A stretch of DNA of 64,000 nt from Bdellovibrionales bacterium. Lineage in GTDB: Bacteria; Bdellovibrionota; Bdellovibrionia; Bdellovibrionales; UBA1609. The stretch spans positions 544,001 through 608,000 of the forward strand of contig CBDHDF010000010.1 in NCBI GenBank assembly GCA_965261545.1, given 5' to 3'. The notes under the pieces are model-generated. The model did not search any database. It was not told the DNA's origin and saw only the letters and a program-made list of their open reading frames with translations. Positions 37,379 to 45,856 of the stretch are shown piece by piece. Positions within the stretch are counted from its first letter, which is position 1; the number at the start of each line of letters is the position of its first letter. A program made the position numbers and the translations under genes.

Positions 37379-39932
37379 CAATGGCATTCGTTTAGTGAGA
37401 GATCCCATTCGGTTAAGGATTTGAACCTCTAACTCCTCGGGGGTGGGCTAACCCCAAGTTTTTTTCTTTGATCCATGTGATTATCCGTTGGCCATAGCCC
37501 CCCTAACCTCTTTACTGGGTCTCCATACTCCGATGGGTTTTCTAGAAACTCGGTCGTAATGCCTATTCGGACGTAGCCTTTGTCGGCAGGTCTTCATATT
37601 TGTAATGATGCAATTGAGGGTTTTACTAAGCACTACCTTTTGTTGAAGAAAAAGACCTTCAATATTTCTTGCAATTGTCAGTAAATTGTTTTTAAAGTTT
37701 GTCTGCATGGTTTGTTTTTTACTATGGGATTGAGATGTATTAAGACGGTCTTCCGTGTAGTTGGAAAATAATCTTGTCAGAGTGATAAGTGTGAAGTGTG
37801 CAAACAATTCTTGTTTGACTCCCCTTTCACTTTGAGAATGAAACTCTTCAATGGTCATCAGTTCTTTGGATATTTTGTACAGTTCCTCTATACTCCAGCG
37901 TCCATGATAGAGATTGGCCAGATCATCAATGGAATATTTTTTTTGATCCATTAAGGTTGTTCCTAGAACAAAAGTAGTTTGTCCAATTTTATATTTGACC
38001 AAACGCAAAGCGTAGGCTTTGAAGTCGTCTTGTGGCTTTTTTTTATGTAGTTCTTTCAGAATTTGCTTGCTAGAAATGACTTGGATCACTGAGTCTTTTT
38101 GATCATTATTAATAAATTCATCAAAAACAGTGTTGGCATTTCTCCTTATCCTAAACACCGCATGCAGACTTCGCACCTTATGCTCATGAAGCATTTCGTA
38201 GGAATAATAGCCACGATCATAAACCACAACATCGTTTTCAAACAATTTTTTGAAATGAGTTTGTGCAGCCTTTCTCTCATTGTTATGGGCAAAGAGATCA
38301 AAATCCACAGGAATCTTCGACTGTAGTTGGTACAGGCAACTGACAAGACCTTGAGGGTACCATGCTTTTTCCCATGGTTGCTGATACCCATTATCTACGA
38401 GTTGACGTGGTAAATTTATTTTCGATCCATCCACTGCGAAAACCTTATGGCCCTTCCATAAGGTACTAGAATTGGATATACCGTCTTGTTTAAGAATTTC
38501 ATCATGCAAAACTTTAAATATATTTTCATCTACTTTAGCCCGTGCACTACACATAGTGGATGCCCGAACTGGTTTAGGTTGAGGGAGTTCAATGTCTAAT
38601 ATGCGACACTGCTCCCAAAGTTCAATCAAAGTTGTATCATAACCTTGTTTTCCTTTAGAGAAAACAAGTCGGAAGATGAAAAGTATAATCAACAATGTAT
38701 TCAAGACACGTTGACGCTTTTGCCAGGTTCGGTCGTACTCATCTGCAATGATAACCACTGTCTTGATGATGTTTTGCCAAAGATGCACAAAAGAGTCCTC
38801 TAGCATAGGCTCAGCCAAGTTCTTATGTGGCTTGATGGTGGGTTTCCCGACGGGTTTCTTGATAGCGCATTGGGGGCCATTCAATAAGATAGACTGATAA
38901 TTCTTTGTCAGAGGTTGAACATAAACACCTTTTTGAGTTTTTCCCTTTACATTTTTGTAGGCACGACTCCCATTTGTTTTGCCCAAATAAAGCCAGTTGG
39001 CAGCACGATAGCTCGTGGCATTAAATTTGGTAAGGTCGACAAAAGTCTCCATGAGTACAGGTTTGAAAGCATGTTTTAACTCCCAGTCTGTGGGAAGTTG
39101 GCGAGTTGCCATAGATAAAGCCATCGAAGCAAGATGGCGAACCTTTACCCAGGGAAAGATCAAAAATCGACTATTGTTCACCACTAAATTCAAGTGCTTT
39201 TTGTAAGCTCGATTTTGCCAACCGATCCATTCATCACGGCAAGGCAACGTGGATGTGCCAGCTTCAAATAAAAGACAACCCAATCTTCGCCCACAATTAT
39301 CTAAGATGAAATAGCGTAAGTGGGGACCAAAGGGACGTCTGTAATTGAGATAATGATGCCGATCGACAACTTCATTCCATTCCTTAATGGCCTCTTGATC
39401 AGTTACGATTTGCAAAGAAAGTGGGGTCAATGAGTCTAGTTTATCGTTGATGAGAGGCTTTTCATCTGTTCGGTGTGTCCAAGTGATTTTTTTGGAGGGG
39501 ACACTCCGCTTTGACATGTCTTTTTCTGGCAGGGATAGAATGTCAAGTTCCTCTAGCGTCTCAAGCATACGAAGGCACGATTGGATGCGATGATCACCTT
39601 TGGGAGTTAGCCAACCAAGATGCTCACAAACTGTATAACCCAGTTCACGGCGACTTAAAGAAGGAAATAGCGCCACCGTCTTTTGAATGTCGGCAATTTG
39701 CTTGCGCGTCAAGCGTCTTCCAAAAAAAGTTGTTGAAGGCAATGTCTCTATGCGTGGGTCCATTTGAGTCTCTCCCCTTTGGGAATGGTTCAAATATAAT
39801 GTGACACAACGATGGGGTGGACTCAAGTATTTTTTTTCGGAAAAAGAAAAAAGATAAAAGCCCCCTTAACTCAGTATGTTAGAGGGAGTCAGAAAAATGT
39901 GGAAAAATCTTCTGCAAAAACGAATGCCATTG
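37379..39932 (-). mobile_element. Complete IS4-family element, 2554 bp
   Basis: Perfect 15-bp TIRs CAATGGCATTCGTTT / AAACGAATGCCATTG; 10-bp TSD CCCCGCCGCC at 37369-78 and 39933-42. Confidence 0.93.
37481..39763 (-). CDS. DUF4338 (DruA-like) domain fused to IS4-family DDE transposase
   Basis: N-terminal HHYL.Y...G..LRY, RDEWIGW, NNSRFLI.PWV...LAS..L, ETFVD...YRAANW...G.T; C-terminal AVDGS, VYDRGY, Y..RW.IE..YK..K; start at ATG 39763 behind GGAGAG. Confidence 0.9.
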   Translation of the reverse strand: MDPRIETLPSTTFFGRRLTRKQIADIQKTVALFPSLSRRELGYTVCEHLGWLTPKGDHRIQSCLRMLETLEELDILSLPEKDMSKRSVPSKKITWTHRTDEKPLINDKLDSLTPLSLQIVTDQEAIKEWNEVVDRHHYLNYRRPFGPHLRYFILDNCGRRLGCLLFEAGTSTLPCRDEWIGWQNRAYKKHLNLVVNNSRFLIFPWVKVRHLASMALSMATRQLPTDWELKHAFKPVLMETFVDLTKFNATSYRAANWLYLGKTNGSRAYKNVKGKTQKGVYVQPLTKNYQSILLNGPQCAIKKPVGKPTIKPHKNLAEPMLEDSFVHLWQNIIKTVVIIADEYDRTWQKRQRVLNTLLIILFIFRLVFSKGKQGYDTTLIELWEQCRILDIELPQPKPVRASTMCSARAKVDENIFKVLHDEILKQDGISNSSTLWKGHKVFAVDGSKINLPRQLVDNGYQQPWEKAWYPQGLVSCLYQLQSKIPVDFDLFAHNNERKAAQTHFKKLFENDVVVYDRGYYSYEMLHEHKVRSLHAVFRIRRNANTVFDEFINNDQKDSVIQVISSKQILKELHKKKPQDDFKAYALRLVKYKIGQTTFVLGTTLMDQKKYSIDDLANLYHGRWSIEELYKISKELMTIEEFHSQSERGVKQELFAHFTLITLTRLFSNYTEDRLNTSQSHSKKQTMQTNFKNNLLTIARNIEGLFLQQKVVLSKTLNCIITNMKTCRQRLRPNRHYDRVSRKPIGVWRPSKEVRGAMANG

Positions 39933-40080
39933 CCCCGCCGCCCCTTCTTCGATCGCAGATGGGGGGGCCTTCAATATTAGGCATGGAAATTGAAAATAAT
40001 GGTACCGCAGCGACGTGGTTGTTTTGACACCTGTTAGGTTTATATTCAATTGGTCTTCTAGAGAAAATAAAAAAGTCCCA

Positions 40081-40126
40081 TATTTCAATACCTTATCAAT
40101 AGTTCGTTTAGGCTCTAAATTTGCTC
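40081..40126 (+). promoter_or_regulatory. Putative sigma54 promoter with IHF-like site
   Basis: TTTCAA-N4-TTA (40083-95), AGGCTC-N5-TTGCT (GG 40111-12, GC 40123-24); same spacing as 11715-11760. Confidence 0.55.
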
Positions 40127-40245
40127 TTATCTAAAGATAAATAATTATATAAATCCATATCATCTCTGTAAATATCATATCAATATCAATTTATGGAGAG
40201 CATTGTAGAATATATTGTAGAGAATAATTGTAGGGGATATATATT

Positions 40246-41664
40246 ATGAAGAGTATATACATTATAATTATGAAGAATAAGCTCTTTAAGCCTAAAAAGT
40301 TCTTACAAGCCTTGGCTTGGACCTTTGTTCTCGTGATTCTTGTTGGGGGACATGTATTGAGGCAATTCCAAGCGGATCAACCTGATCTTGCTTTTAGAGC
40401 CATAGAGTTGAGTTCCATTCGTATTTCCCAAAAGAAGTTGAAAAAGGAAAAAGATATAAGGATGATCGACCCAGCCATGTCGCAAATGTGGGGTCTTCAA
40501 TCCGTTCAAACTCAGGAGGCATGGAAAAAACTCAATGCCCTGGGAAGTCGCCATATTAAGGTCGCCATTATTGATACAGGCATTGATAGAAGCCACCCGG
40601 ATCTGGAAGGCAATCTTTGGGTCAACCCAGGAGAAGTGGGTTATGATGAGTATGGAAGGAATAAAAGAAACAATGATCGGGATGACGATAATAATGGCTG
40701 TATTGATGATGTTCACGGATGTAACTTTATTAAAATGACGGGGGATATTACAGACAATCACGGACATGGGACCCATGTGGCAGGCATCATTGGAGCTATT
40801 CGAAACAACGGTATTGGAATTAGTGGCGTTTCTCCCAAAGTCAGCCTCATGGTTCTTAAATATTACGACCCTAAAACCACGGGCTTTGATAATCTTAGCA
40901 ACACTGTGAAGGCCATTTACTATGCGATTCGCCAAGGTGCTCATATTATCAATTATTCGGGGGGAGGAATTTCTCCTAGCTACCATGAGAAAAAGGCCAT
41001 AGAGCTTGCTCGCAAAAAGGGAGTTCTCTTTATCACGGCCGCAGGAAATGAAAAATCCAACCTTGATGCCAAATCTAAAAGCTATTATCCTGCCGATTAT
41101 TCATTGAGTAATATTGTTTCTGTCACAGCTTTTGACAAGGCTCAGAGGATTCTTCCCACCAGTAACTATGGGGCTATTTCGGTGGATATTGCCGCCCCTG
41201 GGAATAACATTTTTTCAACTCTTCCCGGTGGGAAGTATGGACATATGACAGGAACTTCCCAGGCCACAGCTTTTGTCACAGGTGTGGCAGCTCTTATCAT
41301 GTCACAATATCGAGACTTTGAAGCTTCTAAGGTGATTAAACATCTCACTCTTACAGGGGATTTGGAGCCCAATTTGATAGGCAAAACTATTTACCGCCGA
41401 AGACTTAACACATATCGTGCCCTTGCTATGCTTGACCAAGGGGTGAGTGTGACAGGTATTGTGGCAACCAATACCTCCAATATGGGAGCTTTTGATTCAT
41501 CATTTACAGGGAAAAAGGCGAAGGGCTGGGGGGGAAATAATTCCTTAGGCAGTTTGTCTTCGTCTTCTGGGAATTCTTCCATATCCTCCTTTGGTAAGAG
41601 CCTTTACAAAATGATCGTGAAAGATAGCCAGATGAAAAAGTCGAAACTCATGAAAAATAGGTAG
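40246..41664 (+). CDS. Secreted S8 (subtilisin-like) serine protease
   Basis: IDTG, HGTHVAG, AAGNE, GTSQAT catalytic motifs. Confidence 0.95.
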   Translation: MKSIYIIIMKNKLFKPKKFLQALAWTFVLVILVGGHVLRQFQADQPDLAFRAIELSSIRISQKKLKKEKDIRMIDPAMSQMWGLQSVQTQEAWKKLNALGSRHIKVAIIDTGIDRSHPDLEGNLWVNPGEVGYDEYGRNKRNNDRDDDNNGCIDDVHGCNFIKMTGDITDNHGHGTHVAGIIGAIRNNGIGISGVSPKVSLMVLKYYDPKTTGFDNLSNTVKAIYYAIRQGAHIINYSGGGISPSYHEKKAIELARKKGVLFITAAGNEKSNLDAKSKSYYPADYSLSNIVSVTAFDKAQRILPTSNYGAISVDIAAPGNNIFSTLPGGKYGHMTGTSQATAFVTGVAALIMSQYRDFEASKVIKHLTLTGDLEPNLIGKTIYRRRLNTYRALAMLDQGVSVTGIVATNTSNMGAFDSSFTGKKAKGWGGNNSLGSLSSSSGNSSISSFGKSLYKMIVKDSQMKKSKLMKNR

Positions 41665-41795
41665 GGTCTATATGTCTGCTGCGGCCCTATTAGGTCGTGG
41701 TTGGAGTATTAGTGATGGTGGACTCGATGAAAGTGTCGATGATGGTGGTTAAAGTCAATGAGACAGCCGTTTCCTTGAGCCACGCTGGACTATAG

Positions 41796-42176
41796 CTATA
41801 GTAGGGAGGAGTTTTTATCTTCTGTTTCTAAACCAAGTTGGTTCCATAAAACCATTCCCCCTTGCATGTTAAATACATTTTTAAAGCCCTCTTCTAGGGC
41901 AAAGGCGGTGGCTCTTGCGGAGCGGCCCCCTGAACGACACACAAAGACAATGGTTTTGTCCTTGGGAAGCTCATGGGTTCTCTCGGGAAGGGTTTCCACT
42001 GTGAGAAGCTGAGCCCCTGGAATATGTCCCAATTCTCCCTTAAATTCATCGAGGCGACGGACATCAATAATGCGTATAGAGTTTTTCTTTTGAAGAACAC
42101 TATGAGGGTGAACATCCATGACTTGTTGCAAGGATGCGTTAGGCTCTGCATGACTAAAATTCACAAAGAATTCCAT
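41796..42176 (-). CDS. Rhodanese-like domain protein
   Basis: IIDVR...E...GHIPGA, CRSGGRS, GGM..W. Confidence 0.92.
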   Translation of the reverse strand: MEFFVNFSHAEPNASLQQVMDVHPHSVLQKKNSIRIIDVRRLDEFKGELGHIPGAQLLTVETLPERTHELPKDKTIVFVCRSGGRSARATAFALEEGFKNVFNMQGGMVLWNQLGLETEDKNSSLL

Positions 42177-42245
42177 ATTTCATAAAGTCCTTTGACATAG
42201 GTTTGAAATTGGTCTTGAAATAGGATTCTTATGTTTCTACTTTAG

Positions 42246-43076
42246 GTGCTCAAAGTCAAGGGTCTAGGAATGATAAAATCAAATGCAGGGTGGCGAAAAA
42301 AGCTCTATGTCATTATTTTTGAAGCGGACACATATGGTGGAAAATTTTTTGATGTGGGCTTGTTGTGGGCCATACTTTTGAGTGTTTTTTGTATTGTTTT
42401 AGAGTCTGATGCTGAAATAAGGCGAGATTACGGAGTTTTTCTTCGCTATGTGGAGTGGAGTTTTACTATTATTTTTACCATTGAGTATGTCGTGCGCATT
42501 GTGTGTTCTAAAAATCCTTTCACCTATATAAAAAGTTTTTTTGGTATCGTTGATCTTATTTCGATTGTTCCAGCTTATTTGAGTTTGTTGATTCCTGGCG
42601 CTCAATTTTTATTAGTGACTCGCACCATTCGCTTGTTGAGGGTCTTTAGGGTTCTTAAGCTGGCGAGATATTTACAAGAGTCTCGTGTTCTTCTCCAAGC
42701 CCTTGGGGCGAGTCGTTATAAGGTGACGGTTTTCTTAGGGGTTGTTTTGACTGTGATCTTAATACTCGGAACTATTATGCATTTAGTGGAGGCAGGCAAC
42801 CCGGGGTTTTCAACGATTTTTCATGGTATGTATTGGTCCATTGTCACAATGACGACGGTGGGTTATGGCGATGTTGTTCCTCTCACTGGAGTAGGTAAGC
42901 TCCTCGCCTCCATCATTATGGTTATGGGCTATGGTATCATAGCCGTTCCAACAGGTATTATCAGTGTGGAAATCAACCAAGCTATGCGTCAACCCATGAT
43001 TAAATGTAATATCTGTGGAACAGGGAAAGCTCATCAACAGGCCAAGTTCTGCCATGAGTGTGGAGAGCTTTTTTAA
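42246..43076 (+). CDS. Voltage-gated potassium channel (ion transporter)
   Basis: S4 R..RLLRVFRVLKL.R, selectivity filter TTVGYGD, C-terminal CxxC...CxxC. Confidence 0.93.
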   Translation: MLKVKGLGMIKSNAGWRKKLYVIIFEADTYGGKFFDVGLLWAILLSVFCIVLESDAEIRRDYGVFLRYVEWSFTIIFTIEYVVRIVCSKNPFTYIKSFFGIVDLISIVPAYLSLLIPGAQFLLVTRTIRLLRVFRVLKLARYLQESRVLLQALGASRYKVTVFLGVVLTVILILGTIMHLVEAGNPGFSTIFHGMYWSIVTMTTVGYGDVVPLTGVGKLLASIIMVMGYGIIAVPTGIISVEINQAMRQPMIKCNICGTGKAHQQAKFCHECGELF

Positions 43077-43181
43077 TTTTAAGGAGTGGGGCATATTGAG
43101 GCATTGGGAGACTCAACACTATGTGTCAGAAAACAAAAAATGGGCCTTTCTGGACAGGAACTACTTAAGCAAGGGGCGCCC

Positions 43182-43604
43182 TTAAGAGGGTGGGGTGTGT
43201 GAAGAGTGCTTTTTAAGAATTTCGTTGAGGAGTCCATTGATAAAGCCAGGGGAATCCTTCGAGCCATATTTTTTGGCCAATTCCACGGCTTCGTTGATGG
43301 CCACTTTGGCTGGCACTTCATGGGAGTACTCTGTGATTTCAAAGCAGGCGAGGCGTAAAATACTTAAGTCCACAAGAGTCATGCGGTTGAGGTTCCATTG
43401 GGGGCTGACAGCTTGAATTCTCTCGTCAATGATGCTTTGCGCTTCCAACAAGTGAGTTCCCATACTGTGAGCGTACTTTTGAGCCTGCGGTGGTATCTTG
43501 GAAGTTGTATTAAGAAGCTGTAAGCTCTGCTTTATATCCAAGTCTCCATGGTATTCTCTTTGAAATAAAATTTTTAGCATGGCTTCGCGAGCGAGTCGTC
43601 TCAT
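43182..43604 (-). CDS. nusB: Transcription antitermination factor NusB
   Basis: RRLARE, W...R...VD..ILR, VAINEAVELAK.Y, FINGLL. Confidence 0.96.
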   Translation of the reverse strand: MRRLAREAMLKILFQREYHGDLDIKQSLQLLNTTSKIPPQAQKYAHSMGTHLLEAQSIIDERIQAVSPQWNLNRMTLVDLSILRLACFEITEYSHEVPAKVAINEAVELAKKYGSKDSPGFINGLLNEILKKHSSHTPPS

Positions 43605-43686
43605 GACCTCTCCTTAAGAGGGTAGTTGCGATAGGTCAAGTTGTAATGCAGAATGGGGAAGTAATGAAAAGGAAAATAAAAACACC

Positions 43687-44784
43687 ATGAAAGTATCTTC
43701 TGAGATTGAAGACCTTATTCCCTATATACCCGGAAAGCCTATTTCTGAGACCCAAAGGGAATATGGGCTGGAGAGTGTTTTGAAGCTAGCTAGTAATGAA
43801 GCTCCCTATGGCCCAAGTCCAAAAGTGGTGGAGGTCATCATCTCCTCTCTCCACCACTTAAATCGTTATCCTGATGCTGGAGCCTATGAAATGGGGGAAT
43901 TCTTTGCCAATCACTATGATGTGTCAAAAGACAGTCTGGTCTTTGGCAATGGCTCCAATGAGTTGATAGATCTTTTGATCCGGGTTTTTTGTGAACCAGG
44001 TCAGTTTATACTGACATCGGAGTCTGCCTTTATTGCCTATAAAATTTGCGCCCAAGCTGCAAGGGTAAGGGTCTTGGAAACCCCCATGGTTAATATGGGC
44101 TTTGACCTGTCAGCCATGAAAGAAAAGGTGGAACAATACCCTGTGAGAATTGTTTTTATAGCGAATCCCAATAATCCCACGGGCACCTACCTCAATAAAA
44201 TGGAACTGTCAGGTTTTCTAAATTTTATGGACGACTATCCCGAAACTCTTGTTGTTCTGGATGAAGCTTACACTGAGTTTGTTCGAGCGGAGGATTATCC
44301 TTGTAGTTTGGAGCTATTTCGTCAACATTCCAATGTCGTTGTGCTTCGCACCTTGAGTAAGGTTTATGGCTTAGCGGGTCTTCGACTGGGGTTTCTTGTG
44401 GGGGACTCAGTCATCGCTAACTACCTTCATCGTGTGAGAAATCCATTTAATGTCAACTACTTGGCTCAGGTTGCCGGAAGAGCAGCTATTTCAGATAGGG
44501 ATTATGTGAACCAACTTTGCCAGATGCTTTGGAAGGAGCTTGATGGCTTTTATAAAAAATTTGAACAAATAGGCATCAAATACTTTAAGTCGCAGGGAAA
44601 TTTTGTTCTTATAGATTTGGAGCGTGAGGCGAGCCCCATTTATAAAGCTCTTCTTCAGAGGGGAGTGATCACTCGCCCTGTAAAGGGCTATGGACTCAAG
44701 AATCACTTGAGACTCACCGTGGGACTTCCCAGGGAAAATAAGGTCGCCATGGAGCATCTTGCTGATATTTGGAGAGGTTTGTGA
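43687..44784 (+). CDS. hisC: Histidinol-phosphate aminotransferase
   Basis: KLASNE, GNGSNELI, ANPNNPTG, DEAY, RTLSK.YGLAGLRLG. Confidence 0.93.
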   Translation: MKVSSEIEDLIPYIPGKPISETQREYGLESVLKLASNEAPYGPSPKVVEVIISSLHHLNRYPDAGAYEMGEFFANHYDVSKDSLVFGNGSNELIDLLIRVFCEPGQFILTSESAFIAYKICAQAARVRVLETPMVNMGFDLSAMKEKVEQYPVRIVFIANPNNPTGTYLNKMELSGFLNFMDDYPETLVVLDEAYTEFVRAEDYPCSLELFRQHSNVVVLRTLSKVYGLAGLRLGFLVGDSVIANYLHRVRNPFNVNYLAQVAGRAAISDRDYVNQLCQMLWKELDGFYKKFEQIGIKYFKSQGNFVLIDLEREASPIYKALLQRGVITRPVKGYGLKNHLRLTVGLPRENKVAMEHLADIWRGL

Positions 44785-44868
44785 TGGGCCAGAATCACAA
44801 TAATCACGACCCCCATAAAGGGCATTGTGGTTACGATGGTCATAGTCATCACGGTCGTCATGAATAGG

Positions 44869-45564
44869 ATGATGAGAGTTATCACCATTGATGGGCCAGC
44901 GGCTTCGGGAAAATCTTCTGTCAGCCGTGGAGTGGCTGAGAAGTTGGGGTGGCTCTGGTTGTCCACGGGGGCTTTTTACAGAGGTTTGGCTTTTGTTGCC
45001 CAGCAGAAGAGGGTGGATTTGGAGGCCGAGGAGGAGTTGGCGGCTCTGTGCAAGGACCCCTCCTGGGAGGTGAGTATGACTCCTGCCATCACCAAGGTTT
45101 TTTTGAATGGGGATGATGTGACAGATGGGATTTACACCGAGTCTATAGGGAGTGTTGCAAGCCAAATCAGTTTTTTTCCAAAAGTGAGAAAGAATTTACT
45201 TGTTGTGCAAAGGGCCTGCTCCCTTCAAGGTGTGGGGCTTATTGCCGAGGGAAGAGACTGTGGAACGGTGGTTTTTCCCCAGGCTTTCATTAAATTTTTC
45301 CTCACCGCAGAAAGTGGCCAAAGAGCCTTGAGAAGAACTATGGAGAAGCAAGGTAGGACTTCAGAAGATATTTCTACAACCCTTGAAGCGCAAAGAGAAA
45401 GGGATGCCAAGGACGCCCAGCGAGCTTGTGCTCCCATGAAAGTTGCTGCGGGAGCCCATGTGGTTTGCACAGATGATATGGGCCTTGATGAGGTCATCGA
45501 GTATGTTTACAGCCGCTGTGTGGAGTTTTTTTTCAATGCTGGAGAAAAAGTGAAGGATTCTTGA
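44869..45564 (+). CDS. cmk: Cytidylate kinase
   Basis: ITIDGPAASGKSS, TGAFYR, AEGRDCGTVVFP, RD..D..R; start taken at ATG 44869. Confidence 0.95.
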   Translation: MMRVITIDGPAASGKSSVSRGVAEKLGWLWLSTGAFYRGLAFVAQQKRVDLEAEEELAALCKDPSWEVSMTPAITKVFLNGDDVTDGIYTESIGSVASQISFFPKVRKNLLVVQRACSLQGVGLIAEGRDCGTVVFPQAFIKFFLTAESGQRALRRTMEKQGRTSEDISTTLEAQRERDAKDAQRACAPMKVAAGAHVVCTDDMGLDEVIEYVYSRCVEFFFNAGEKVKDS

Positions 45565-45856
45565 TCTGTAAAGTGCGTAAAAGCATGTGAAAGTGATAAA
45601 AGTTACGTGAAGGAAAAGCACTTGAAAGTGCGTGAAAGCATTGTAGAGTAAATTTTTCTTTGACTTTCGCCATTTTACCTCTATAAAGAAAATCTTATAC
45701 CTCATAGATTGTAGGGGGCTCCGGTTATGGGTATCCCATGGATGGATTGTTAAGGATCCCATGGTCCCATGGATTATAATGGGTTATAAATTGTGTTATA
45801 AATCAATGAAGAGGGAAAGTCGTGGCGAGCTGCTATTTTCCAGGAGGAGGTTATGT

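Noticed and set aside
37481..39763. Druantia anti-phage system
   Set aside because: Only a DruA-like domain fused to a transposase inside TIRs; no DruE helicase or other dru genes.
40303..40986. Long antisense ORFs (also 44491-45165, 46679-47290, 3377-3826, 7169-7591 and similar)
   Set aside because: Shadows of well-supported genes on the opposite strand; no motifs or RBS.
45761..45856. N-terminal extensions of RpsA (and of Cmk 44827-44868, DGC 51914-52075, transposase 39764-39826)
   Set aside because: Better RBS/start pairs or non-overlapping starts lie downstream; the extensions are repeat-derived or overlap neighbours.
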